Positions 19,222-27,960 of a DNA stretch of 64,000 bases are shown one piece after another; position 1 is the stretch's first letter, and each line of letters starts with the position of its first letter. A program made the position numbers and the translations under genes. Below the pieces are notes generated by a model. It was not told the DNA's origin. It made no database searches and saw only the letters and a program-made list of their open reading frames with translations. The stretch lies in contig CAVTWA010000004.1 in the NCBI GenBank assembly GCA_963738025.1, positions 470,042-534,041 on the forward strand. Reading direction: 5' to 3'. The DNA comes from an uncultured Acidobacteriota bacterium (GTDB taxonomy: Bacteria > Acidobacteriota > Terriglobia > 20CM-2-55-15).

Positions 19222-20193
19222 ATGAAAGCAATCCGTGTTCACCAGTACGGCGGCCCCGAGGCGCTGAAATATGAAGATGTGCCGGAGCCAAAACCCGGCA
19301 AGGGCGAAGCGGTCATCAAGATCGCTGCCGCCGGTCTCAATTTCATTGATATCTATTTTCGGACGGGCACTTACAAAGCCCCGCAACTTCCCTTCACTCC
19401 AGGATCAGAAGCCGCCGGAACGGTGGTTTCGGTGGGAGAAGGTGTCACCGAGGTCAAAGCCGGCGATCGTGTCGCGTATGCCATGGCCCTCGGGACAGAT
19501 GCCGAGTACGCGGTGGCTCCGTCGTGGCGGCTTGTAAAACTGCCCGATCACATCGACTTCAAGTCTGGCGCTGCGATCATGCTTCAAGGCATGACGGCCC
19601 ACTATCTGACGCACAGCACATTTTCTTTAAAGCCGGAGGACAAGGCGATCGTCCATGCCGGGGCCGGTGGTGTGGGGCTTCTGTTGATCCAGGTTGCGAA
19701 GAAACTCGGAGCGAAGGTTTATGCAACGGTTGGCAACGAAGCCAAGGCTGAGCTTGCCCGGCAGGCTGGCGCGGACGAGACTATCGTTTACTCACAACAG
19801 GACTTCGAAGCGGAAGTGAAGCGCCTGACAGAGGGCCGTGGCGTGGACGTCGTATACGACTCGGTAGGAGCGACCACGTTCGATAAAAGCCTGAACTGTC
19901 TGCGGCCGAGGGGATATCTGGTGTTGTACGGACAGTCGAGCGGGCCGGTTCCGCCGGTGGATCCCGCCGTGTTGTTTGCCAAAGGATCGCTGTTTCTCAC
20001 GCGCCCGTCCCTGGCCCATTATGCGGTGACTCGCGAGGAAACCCTGGCTCGCACCGCTGCGCTGTTCGCTTGGATCGGCAAGGGCGACTTGAAATTGCGG
20101 ATAGGCCACACGTACCCGCTGCATGAGGCGGCGGAGGCGCACCAGGCACTTGCCGGACGGCAAACGACGGGGAAGGTGCTGCTGATTCCGTAG
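19222..20193 (+). CDS. qor: NADPH:quinone oxidoreductase (zeta-crystallin/MDR family)
   Basis: GLNFIDIYFRTG, HAGAGGVG, DVVYDSVG, GSLFLTRPSL and TTGKVLL motifs. Confidence 0.9.
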   Translation: MKAIRVHQYGGPEALKYEDVPEPKPGKGEAVIKIAAAGLNFIDIYFRTGTYKAPQLPFTPGSEAAGTVVSVGEGVTEVKAGDRVAYAMALGTDAEYAVAPSWRLVKLPDHIDFKSGAAIMLQGMTAHYLTHSTFSLKPEDKAIVHAGAGGVGLLLIQVAKKLGAKVYATVGNEAKAELARQAGADETIVYSQQDFEAEVKRLTEGRGVDVVYDSVGATTFDKSLNCLRPRGYLVLYGQSSGPVPPVDPAVLFAKGSLFLTRPSLAHYAVTREETLARTAALFAWIGKGDLKLRIGHTYPLHEAAEAHQALAGRQTTGKVLLIP

Positions 20194-20258
20194 CAGCGAT
20201 AGTGGTAAAGAATTTGAAGATGGCGGGGGCGAATCAGGCCTGGGTTTGAGCGCATGAT

Positions 20259-20625
20259 TCCCCGCCTAAGTTAGGCGGGGATGCCCTCGCGCAGCGAGGG
20301 CTGGGGCGGTCTGTTCAAAGTCCCGCGCAGCGGTTTCCTTATGAATTTCCGCGGAGCGCACCGAATCGAATCAATAATGAGCGCTTCGCGTCATCAATAA
20401 GGTGCGCGCTGCGCGCGGGACTTTGAACAGACCGCCCCGCCTTCGCTGCGCGAAGGCACCCCGCCTAACTTAGGCGGGGACTGGGGACGCCCTTACACAC
20501 ACCCTTGATGCACACCCTTATGCACGCCCTTATGCACACCTTTAACGCCTTTATGCACGCCTTTACTACGGGGTTTACATCTCATCCACTATTTAATCCG
20601 GACACCTTCATCGACCGCGCCTGCA
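20259..20625 (-). mobile_element. Composite palindromic element: cruciform core (20259-20481), tandem expansion and REP end
   Basis: Same arms as the 9759 and 35775 copies in the opposite orientation; ends in gaccgcgcctgca. Confidence 0.75.
20490..20570 (+). repeat. About 12-bp tandem repeat CC(C/T)TTATGCAC(A/G), roughly 7 imperfect units
   Basis: cccttgatgcaca cccttatgcacg cccttatgcaca cctttaacg cctttatgcacg. Confidence 0.8.
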
Positions 20626-20632
20626 ATCGACC

Positions 20633-21307
20633 TTACTTCAACGGCTGCAATTCCGGTTTCGCTCCTGCAGGCAATGGATAGCGGTCAACGTTCAGCAGCA
20701 TCGAGACGAGCTGGTAATATCCCATCACGCTGATCAGGTCGACAACACCGCGCTCGCCAAACTTGTCTTTGGTCGCTTTGAAAACAGGATCGCTGACCTG
20801 ATGGCTGTTCAGCAGCTCTGTTGCAAAGTTGTAGATCACGGTTTCATCCGCGTCCATGGATTCCGGCCGCTTGCCGCTCGCGATCGATTTGATAATCGCC
20901 TCGTTGAGTCCGGCCTGGGCTGCGGCAGTCCGATGGGCGTTCCATTCGTATTGCGCCATCCATTGTCTGGCGGTGATGATAATCGCCATTTCATTCAGCT
21001 TCCTGGGCAACGACGAATGGAAGCGCATCGACGCTCCGAACTGCTGGACCAGATCCCCCATCTCGGGGCTGCGCAGCAGGACGTTGAATGGGCCGCCGGC
21101 GCCTCGCCGCTCGCCACTCACGAGATGATCCATCATTGTTTTCTGCGCCGGCGTCATCTCATCGTATTTAAGCGGTTTGAAGCGATCGCCGACGAGTTGG
21201 ATGTCGCGCGCACTGGGCGCGGGCGTCTGGGCCGAAAGCAATGCTCCCAGCAACAGGCAAACGACGATAACAATACCGATAGGTGCACAGTACTTGGCTG
21301 TAGGCAT
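20633..21307 (-). CDS. Carboxymuconolactone decarboxylase (CMD/AhpD-like) family protein with signal peptide
   Basis: GGPFNVLLRSPE, EMAIIITAR, YEWNAH and GVVDL..MGYY motifs. Confidence 0.85.
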   Translation of the reverse strand: MPTAKYCAPIGIVIVVCLLLGALLSAQTPAPSARDIQLVGDRFKPLKYDEMTPAQKTMMDHLVSGERRGAGGPFNVLLRSPEMGDLVQQFGASMRFHSSLPRKLNEMAIIITARQWMAQYEWNAHRTAAAQAGLNEAIIKSIASGKRPESMDADETVIYNFATELLNSHQVSDPVFKATKDKFGERGVVDLISVMGYYQLVSMLLNVDRYPLPAGAKPELQPLK

Positions 21308-21358
21308 CGTTGTGGCTCCTTTTGATCGATCGCGAGATTATAAACGATCGGAGTGGAT

Positions 21359-22663
21359 TTACTTCGCAGGTACTTCGAGCGAGAGATTCGAATTCACGAT
21401 CGAGGTCCATCGACCGACGGTGATATCCGCCGGTGTCTGGGCTTGCTGGAAGAAACACTGCAGGGTACCCAACGACTGCCCCGCATCGTTTTGCAATTCG
21501 AAAACAGCCGAAACTACGGATGGACTCTGCTTTCTAAATTCCAGAGTGTGAACGGTTGAATCGGCGGTGGACGCATCGAGCAACTGGTTGACTTGACCTG
21601 GCGCGGTAGGCTTCCACGCACAATAGTCCTTGTTTCGCGGGGGCACAAGGCTGGATGACGTCAGGACGCCATCAACGATATTAAACGATTTGTCGATTTT
21701 CCCTTTCCACTGTTCAGGTCTGAATCGCAGCCTGAATTCACTCTGACCGACATCGGTTAAACGCGCCGGGGTTGCTGCGGGCCGCCAGGCTCTTGCCTCG
21801 GCAGGCCTCACGTTGTCCGGCGCAGGCTCCGGCGGCCTCGGTTTCGGAGTGTCGGCAGCCGGTTCGGCCGTCCCGCCGAACGATAACGTCACAGTGGACG
21901 ATGCTTCTCTTCCGTCGGAGAGGATGGAATAGGCGGAGGAACCGAATCCATGGTCCTCGGTTCTACCTGCTGCATAACGGCCTGTCAGGCTGGTGCGGCA
22001 AATCAAGAACTGGTACGTCACGTCCTCTGCGTTCACCGCTTTGCATTCCCAATGATTCGTTACGTCGGTTGCGTAGCGGTCCGAAAGCCGCCGCGGATAT
22101 AAGGTGTAAACGCGGTCGCCATTCTGATCGGTATCACGGAATAGATATGGAAGATCGAAAGCATAAGCCTGGCTTGCGGGATCGAATGAAGCCGTCACCG
22201 GTGCATTGACGTTCACATCGATGTCTTTGCCGGATATCCTGCCGTCCTGGAAGGCATGGACGCTTTCAGTGACGGGAAATTTCGTTGTAAGCTGCACCGC
22301 TGAGCGCCGGCCGCCGCAGCTGCCCTTGAAGACGTACACCGCGAGGTCACCTTTTACCTCATCGAGCGACGTACGATACCAATCGCCGAGCTTTCGGTTT
22401 TCATTGAAGAACGCAACTTCGCGCCACTCGCCTTTATCTGTTACGAGTTCAGAGCATGGAATCGGCCCGGCGGATTCAAACACGCGCCGCAGATCGGTAT
22501 CGCGAAAGCGTCCGAAAATGCGGCGGAGCTCGTCGAAGAATTTAGCGCCGTAATCGTCGTCTTGCGCAGGCGGGACTTGCCGCTCCCGCTGGCCATGCAC
22601 ACTCGTAGCCAGTAAGAGTGCCGCCAGGAGAACCAGATTTCGTGCGGCGCGTTGAAGGTTCAT
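21359..22663 (-). CDS. Hypothetical secreted protein
   Basis: 434-aa ORF with a signal peptide (VHG-Q), several Cys and a Pro-rich linker; 9 bp downstream of the DUF4159 gene. Confidence 0.7.
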   Translation of the reverse strand: MNLQRAARNLVLLAALLLATSVHGQRERQVPPAQDDDYGAKFFDELRRIFGRFRDTDLRRVFESAGPIPCSELVTDKGEWREVAFFNENRKLGDWYRTSLDEVKGDLAVYVFKGSCGGRRSAVQLTTKFPVTESVHAFQDGRISGKDIDVNVNAPVTASFDPASQAYAFDLPYLFRDTDQNGDRVYTLYPRRLSDRYATDVTNHWECKAVNAEDVTYQFLICRTSLTGRYAAGRTEDHGFGSSAYSILSDGREASSTVTLSFGGTAEPAADTPKPRPPEPAPDNVRPAEARAWRPAATPARLTDVGQSEFRLRFRPEQWKGKIDKSFNIVDGVLTSSSLVPPRNKDYCAWKPTAPGQVNQLLDASTADSTVHTLEFRKQSPSVVSAVFELQNDAGQSLGTLQCFFQQAQTPADITVGRWTSIVNSNLSLEVPAK

Positions 22664-22672
22664 AGATAGATA

Positions 22673-23539
22673 CTAGTGCGACATTGCGTATACGACAACG
22701 TTTGAAACAAAGCGAAACGCATAGGCGGAATACTCGGCCGGGTATGCGGGGTCGTCTGCCCATTCGAGACCGTCGCCGAGATCGGTATTCCAGGCCATCA
22801 ATACTATGATGCGGCCATGTTCATCGAAGATGGCAAAGACCTTGGGAATCTTGCCGGATGGGCCGTTTTCCCACTGGTCGCATTCGGCACATTCCGCGAT
22901 GGAGTCGTTCGTCACTTGAATGATTGTGTCGATATCGTAGAAACAATGAAACAAAGGATGAGAGGTTGTCAGTTCGACGGGTTTCGCGTCCGGAATCACG
23001 CGGCGAAGTTGCTGTAGAAACTGGTCGAACTCTTCATCGCCGTGAAAGTCATCAGCAAACCATAAACCTCCGCGTCCGAGGTATTCCCGTAGATTCCTGA
23101 CTTCCGCTGGTCCGAGTACCATCTGCTCCGGTTCGACCGAATAAACGAACGGGTACTGGAATAGTGCAGGACTTGACGGGTCGACGAGAACTGGCCGCCC
23201 GACATCCATTCCCGTGAGGCGGTGAAGGAGTGTCGTCAAGTGGTCATCCATGTTCGGATAGTCCGTGTACCAGTTCTTCACGTAATCCGGTATGCCGCCG
23301 GGATAGCGCATGCGGGCGAACTGAAATCGGGTTATTCCCTGGGCTAAGGCATCGGCGCGCGAATCGGCGGCAAAAGAGTACCAGATGATAGGTATCAGGC
23401 CGCCAATGATGATGAACCCCAGACTCACCGCAAAAATGCGGGGACGGATAAGCCACGGATTGAACGGATCTAACGGATTGAATCCGTTCAATCCGTTAGA
23501 TCCGCGGCTTATCCTTCTCCGAATTTCTTCTTGCGTCAT
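22673..23539 (-). CDS. DUF4159-family protein (N-terminus includes an in-frame family-1 repeat if the start is 23539)
   Basis: FQFARMRY, WYTDYP, LREYLGRGG..FADDF, HPLFHCFYDI and NTDLGDGLEW motifs. Confidence 0.85.
   Translation of the reverse strand: MTQEEIRRRISRGSNGLNGFNPLDPFNPWLIRPRIFAVSLGFIIIGGLIPIIWYSFAADSRADALAQGITRFQFARMRYPGGIPDYVKNWYTDYPNMDDHLTTLLHRLTGMDVGRPVLVDPSSPALFQYPFVYSVEPEQMVLGPAEVRNLREYLGRGGLWFADDFHGDEEFDQFLQQLRRVIPDAKPVELTTSHPLFHCFYDIDTIIQVTNDSIAECAECDQWENGPSGKIPKVFAIFDEHGRIIVLMAWNTDLGDGLEWADDPAYPAEYSAYAFRFVSNVVVYAMSH
23446..23514. repeat. Family-1 palindromic repeat (69 bp)
   Basis: ggataagccacggattgaacggatctaacggattgaatccgttcaatccgttagatccgcggcttatcc. Confidence 0.9.
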
Positions 23540-23596
23540 CCGCGGCTGAAAGAAGCATTTGAGCTTCCATGCGCGAAATGTGAAGATGCATGGGCA

Positions 23597-25975
23597 ATGA
23601 ACAGTGTTCTACCGCCGGGACAACCCGGAATTCCGCCGACCTGGACCTCCAGTGCGAAGTCAGGAGTGGGCACGTCAGCGGGAACACATGCACGTGTGTG
23701 GTTTACGATTTCGCACGGAATCCTGGATGAAGTTTATTTTCCCTTTATCGACCAACCGAACACGCGTGACCTTGGACTGCTGGTCACGGACGGCGCTGAA
23801 TTCTTTTCGGAAGAAAAGCGCGACACGAACAGCGAGATCGCGCCGATAGCAACAGGCATCCCCGGATACATCCTGACGAATACCTGCAAACACGGCCGTT
23901 ACCGCATTCGGAAAGTAATCATTGGAGATCCGCGGCGCGATGTCGTTCTGCAGCAGATCCGCTTCGAAGCGCTGATCGGGTCGGTGGCCGACTACCGCGT
24001 TTACGCTTTACTTGCGCCACACATCGAGAACAGCGGTTCTGCAAATAACGCATGGACCGGCCAGCACAAAGGTGTGCCCATGCTATTCGCCCAGCGCGGG
24101 GGAACAGCGTTAGCGCTTGCCTGCTCGTCATCTTTCCTGGCGATGAGCTGCGGTTATGTAGGAGTGAGCGACGGATGGCGGGATATCAGTGAACACAAAC
24201 GCATGACATGGTTCTACGATAACGCGCCCGAAGGAAATGTTGCGCTGACGGGCGAGATCGCAGTTCCGCAAAATGGAGAATTTATACTGGCCCTGAGTTT
24301 CGGGCGCGACGCCCCCGAAGCCGGACAGCAAGGGTTGAGTTCGCTGGTGCAGCCGTTTGATGATTCGGTGCAGAGGTACATCGAAGAATGGCAGCAATAT
24401 CAGGAGCGACGCGAACTGCTCGATAACCTGGCGAATGGCATCAATTACTATCGGGTGAGCACGGCGCTCATGAAGACATGTGAATCGAAGGACATTCCGG
24501 GCGGGCTTATCGCCAGCCCTTCGATTCCTTGGGGTTTCGCCAAGGGCGACAACGATCTCGGCGGGTACCATCTCGTCTGGACTCGCGACCAGGCCGAAGG
24601 AGCGGGAGCTCTTCTTGCTGCCGGCGACGTCGAAGGCGCCTATCAGGTGCTTATCTATTTACTCTCCACACAGGAACCGGACGGACACTGGCCGCAGAAT
24701 ATGTGGCTCGAAGGAACGCCATACTGGATAGGGATTCAGATGGACGAGACGGCGTTTCCCATCCTGCTGGCGGATGTGCTCCGCCGGGCTGACGGTTTAG
24801 GCAAATTGGATGTGTGGCCTGCCGTACGCAAGGCCGCAACCTACCTCGTATGCAATGGGCCGGTAACTCCTGAGGACCGTTGGGAGGAAGATGCGGGCTA
24901 CTCTCCATTTACTCTGGCAGTCGAGGTTGCGGCACTGCTCGCAGCGGCCGACTTCGCTGATCAGGCGGGCGAGCCAGACACGGCAACTTATTTGCGAGAC
25001 ACGGCGGATATCTGGAATACAAACATCGAACGATGGACCTACGTGACCAGTTCGGAACTGGCGCTGGTACACGGAGTCGATGGTCATTACGTCCGCATCG
25101 GGTCTGCCGATGTTGCGGATGCCGCCTCGCCCTACTTCGGTTTCGTGCCGATTAAAAACCGGACGCCGGACCACAGTTCAGCGAGCGCCGCGAGCATCGT
25201 CAGCCCGGATGCGCTGGCGCTGGTCCGTTTCGGATTACGCGCTGCCGACGATCCACGGATCGAGAATACGGTGCGCCTCATCGACGCAACATTGAAGAAA
25301 GAAACCAAAACCGGGCCCGTATGGCACCGGTACAACGAAGACGGCTATGGCGAGCATGAAGACGGCAGTGCCTTCGACGGCACCGGTGTCGGCCGCGGCT
25401 GGCCGCTGCTCGCCGGGGAGCGCGCGCATTACGAACTCGCCCGCGGCAATCGAGAGGAGGCCGAACGGCTGCTGCACGTCATGGAAGCCCAGAGCAGCGA
25501 CGGCGGATTCCTGCCGGAGCAGGTTTGGGATGCTGACGACATTCCCGAGCTCGAACTGTTCAACGGAAAACCATCGGGCTCCGCCATGCCGTTGATGTGG
25601 GCGCACGCGGAATACATCAAATTGCTTCGTTCCCTGCGTGATGGACGGGTGTTTGATATGCCTCCGCAAACCGTCCAGCGCTATCTGGTCGAGAAACGAA
25701 CCGCAAAATTCACCGTCTGGCGCTTCAATCAGAAAAGCAGCTCGGTACCGCTAGGCTTTACTCTAAGGATCGAACTGCTCGCTCCCGCAACCATTGTCTG
25801 GAGCCGAGACGCATGGAAGTCGAAGCTTACCGATCCTGCCCATATGACGCGCCTCGGAGTTTATTTTTTAGACATTCCAACCAGCGAAATTCCCGCCGGA
25901 ACTGTATTGCAGTTCACCTTTGAATGGGCTAACGGGCAGTGGGAAGGTTCGGATTTCAGTGTCGCCGTTGTTTAA
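23597..25975 (+). CDS. Glucan 1,4-alpha-glucosidase / glucoamylase (GH15) with C-terminal carbohydrate-binding-like domain
   Basis: WTSSAKSGVG, IASPSIPWG, GGYHLVWTRD, QMDETAFP, DRWEE, RYNEDGYGE, LPEQVW and SAMPLMWAHAEY motifs. Confidence 0.92.
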   Translation: MNSVLPPGQPGIPPTWTSSAKSGVGTSAGTHARVWFTISHGILDEVYFPFIDQPNTRDLGLLVTDGAEFFSEEKRDTNSEIAPIATGIPGYILTNTCKHGRYRIRKVIIGDPRRDVVLQQIRFEALIGSVADYRVYALLAPHIENSGSANNAWTGQHKGVPMLFAQRGGTALALACSSSFLAMSCGYVGVSDGWRDISEHKRMTWFYDNAPEGNVALTGEIAVPQNGEFILALSFGRDAPEAGQQGLSSLVQPFDDSVQRYIEEWQQYQERRELLDNLANGINYYRVSTALMKTCESKDIPGGLIASPSIPWGFAKGDNDLGGYHLVWTRDQAEGAGALLAAGDVEGAYQVLIYLLSTQEPDGHWPQNMWLEGTPYWIGIQMDETAFPILLADVLRRADGLGKLDVWPAVRKAATYLVCNGPVTPEDRWEEDAGYSPFTLAVEVAALLAAADFADQAGEPDTATYLRDTADIWNTNIERWTYVTSSELALVHGVDGHYVRIGSADVADAASPYFGFVPIKNRTPDHSSASAASIVSPDALALVRFGLRAADDPRIENTVRLIDATLKKETKTGPVWHRYNEDGYGEHEDGSAFDGTGVGRGWPLLAGERAHYELARGNREEAERLLHVMEAQSSDGGFLPEQVWDADDIPELELFNGKPSGSAMPLMWAHAEYIKLLRSLRDGRVFDMPPQTVQRYLVEKRTAKFTVWRFNQKSSSVPLGFTLRIELLAPATIVWSRDAWKSKLTDPAHMTRLGVYFLDIPTSEIPAGTVLQFTFEWANGQWEGSDFSVAVV

Positions 25976-25979
25976 ATCA

Positions 25980-26229
25980 ATAAGCCACGGATTTACTGCA
26001 GGGGCGGTCATAGACCATCAGCTGTCCAAGATAAAGACGGATACCCCGGTGAGCGTGTATTCGTAGTCCCCGCCTAAGTTAGGCGGGGACTGGTCCACCA
26101 GCGTTACAGCCAAACCAGACTTACATCGCATCCATTACATTCAAACCTTTACAGGGCGCCACTTGCGGCTCCCCGTCCATTCTGTCTTGGACGTATGGTC
26201 ATAGCCCCTACAGTAAATCCGTGGCTTAT
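25980..26229. repeat. Family-1 palindrome split at its centre by a composite element
   Basis: ataagccacggattta on the left and taaatccgtggcttat on the right flank the insert. Confidence 0.85.
25995..26215 (+). mobile_element. Composite REP-linker-hairpin-linker-REP element (about 220 bp)
   Basis: ctgcaggggcggtcatagacc ... gtccccgcctaagttaggcggggac ... ggtcatagcccctacag. Linkers are shared with the 35670, 51090 and 57830 copies. Confidence 0.75.
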
Positions 26230-26310
26230 CATGTAGTGCCGAAATGGCATAGAACATGTAATGTGATACTGTACGCGGCCAGCTCGCTACATAACCGGAG
26301 GTTTTCGTTT

Positions 26311-27450
26311 ATGCGGACAACAGTTCGTTACGCGTTGCTCTCGATTATCGCTGCGCTCTTGTTCTCCTCCCCTGCTTTGCGGGCGGCAGACACCCTGCCG
26401 GCCCAAATCGCCGACGACGCGTTCTGGAAATTCATCGATAGCTCTTCGGAATCCGGAGGGGAGTTTCAGTCCGAAAACTTCCTTTCCAACGAAACAGGAT
26501 TTCAGGCCGTGCTTCCCACTCTTTTGCAAACGATGAAGCCCGGTGGCGTGTATATGGGAGTCGGGCCGGAACAGAACTTCACGTACATTAGCGGTATCCG
26601 GCCGAAGATTGCATTCATCATCGATATCCGCCGGCAAAACATGCTCGAGCACATGATTTACAAAGCCGTGTTCGAGCTGTCAGCCGACCGGGCCGATTTC
26701 GTTGCGCGGCTTTTCTCTCTGAAACGACCCGCCGGGTTAAGCGAAAAATCGACCGTCGACGAACTGTTCAACGCGTTCGACGGGGCGCAGCCGCTGGATA
26801 ACGAGGGCTTCCAGAAAAACCTGGATGAGATTCAGAACCTGCTGTTGAAGAAACACAAATTCGGCCTGGCCGCTGAAGATCAGGAACATATAGCGCACGT
26901 CTATACGGTATTCCGGACTTTTGGACCACAGCTCGACTACAACTCCGGCAGCTTCAGAGGAGGACGCGGACGGGGCGGCGGCATGCCCAATTACACAGAA
27001 CTCATGACCGCTACGGACCTGAGGGGCGAAAAACGAAGCTATCTGGCCACAGAAGATAATTACCGGTTCCTCCGCGAACTGGAGATGAAGAACCTCATCG
27101 TTCCGCTTACCGGAGACTTCGGTGGCACCAGGGCCATTCGCGCCGTCGGTCAGTACTTGAAGGATCACAACGCGACCGTTACGGCCTTCTACCTGTCAAA
27201 CGTTGAACAGTATTTGTTTCAGGGCAATGGAAATCAGAACGGCGGGTGGACCAATTTCTACGACAATGTCGCGAATCTTCCGCTGGACGCCTCGAGTACG
27301 TTCATCCGTTCGGCAGGAGGCGGCGTCCGGGGATTTGGCGGAGGCGGTATGCGCGCACCGAATGTTATCGCGTCCATGCAGGATACGGTGGCGGCAGTCA
27401 AGGCCGGGAAGATTCAGTCGTACGTCGACGTGTTTTCGTTGTCGAAGTAG
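26311..27450 (+). CDS. Secreted hypothetical protein with a class-I methyltransferase-like (DUF3419/BtaA-like) motif pattern
   Basis: GGAGG RBS and signal peptide; GVYMGVGPEQNFTYI, FIIDIRRQN and FYLSNVEQYL motifs. Confidence 0.65.
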   Translation: MRTTVRYALLSIIAALLFSSPALRAADTLPAQIADDAFWKFIDSSSESGGEFQSENFLSNETGFQAVLPTLLQTMKPGGVYMGVGPEQNFTYISGIRPKIAFIIDIRRQNMLEHMIYKAVFELSADRADFVARLFSLKRPAGLSEKSTVDELFNAFDGAQPLDNEGFQKNLDEIQNLLLKKHKFGLAAEDQEHIAHVYTVFRTFGPQLDYNSGSFRGGRGRGGGMPNYTELMTATDLRGEKRSYLATEDNYRFLRELEMKNLIVPLTGDFGGTRAIRAVGQYLKDHNATVTAFYLSNVEQYLFQGNGNQNGGWTNFYDNVANLPLDASSTFIRSAGGGVRGFGGGGMRAPNVIASMQDTVAAVKAGKIQSYVDVFSLSK

Positions 27451-27470
27451 GCCGGCAGGCTAACAAAGGG

Positions 27471-27527
27471 ATAAGCCACGAATTGAACGAATTTAACGAA
27501 TTAATTCGTTATCAATTCGTGGCTTAT
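27471..27527. repeat. Family-1 palindromic repeat
   Basis: ataagccacgaattgaacgaatttaacgaattaattcgttatcaattcgtggcttat. Confidence 0.9.
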
Positions 27528-27545
27528 CCCTTTTGTGTAACGCGC

Positions 27546-27761
27546 TTACTTTGTTGGTGCTGCGTCTTTCTTTTTCTTGTCTTTTTTCTTGGAATTTTTC
27601 TTGGCGTCCTTGCCGTCTTTGGAAGCGTCCTTCTTCGTATCTTTGGTGTCCGCTTTACCGGTTTTGGTTGCCGGAGCTGGCGGGGTGGCCTGTGACCATG
27701 CCGGCATTGACAATGCCAGAGCAATGAAAGCTGCGAAAGCTGCCGTCGTAAATTTCTTCAT
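27546..27761 (-). CDS. Small secreted Lys-rich protein
   Basis: AAGGA RBS; MKK signal peptide ending AWS-Q; mature part is K/D/T low-complexity. Confidence 0.75.
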   Translation of the reverse strand: MKKFTTAAFAAFIALALSMPAWSQATPPAPATKTGKADTKDTKKDASKDGKDAKKNSKKKDKKKKDAAPTK

Positions 27762-27892
27762 TTCCTTAGTCTCCCTCGTGTTTGGTTACTGCCACATACC
27801 AACTGCGACAGCCCAACCAATCTACGGTGGCAGCATTAAGAAGCGATTAGGCGAAGATTAAGTTCCCTTAATATAAGGAAGAAGTAAAACGC

Positions 27893-27960
27893 AAAAAACG
27901 CGGACAATCGAGCACTTCTCGGAGTGCGAGAAGTGCTCGATTGTCCGAGTTTTTCTTTTT
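27893..27960. terminator. Bidirectional intrinsic terminator-like hairpin
   Basis: Perfect 21-bp stem (27901-27921 with 27927-27947), 5-nt loop, A-run on the left and T-runs on the right, directly after the stop at 27961. Confidence 0.7.
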
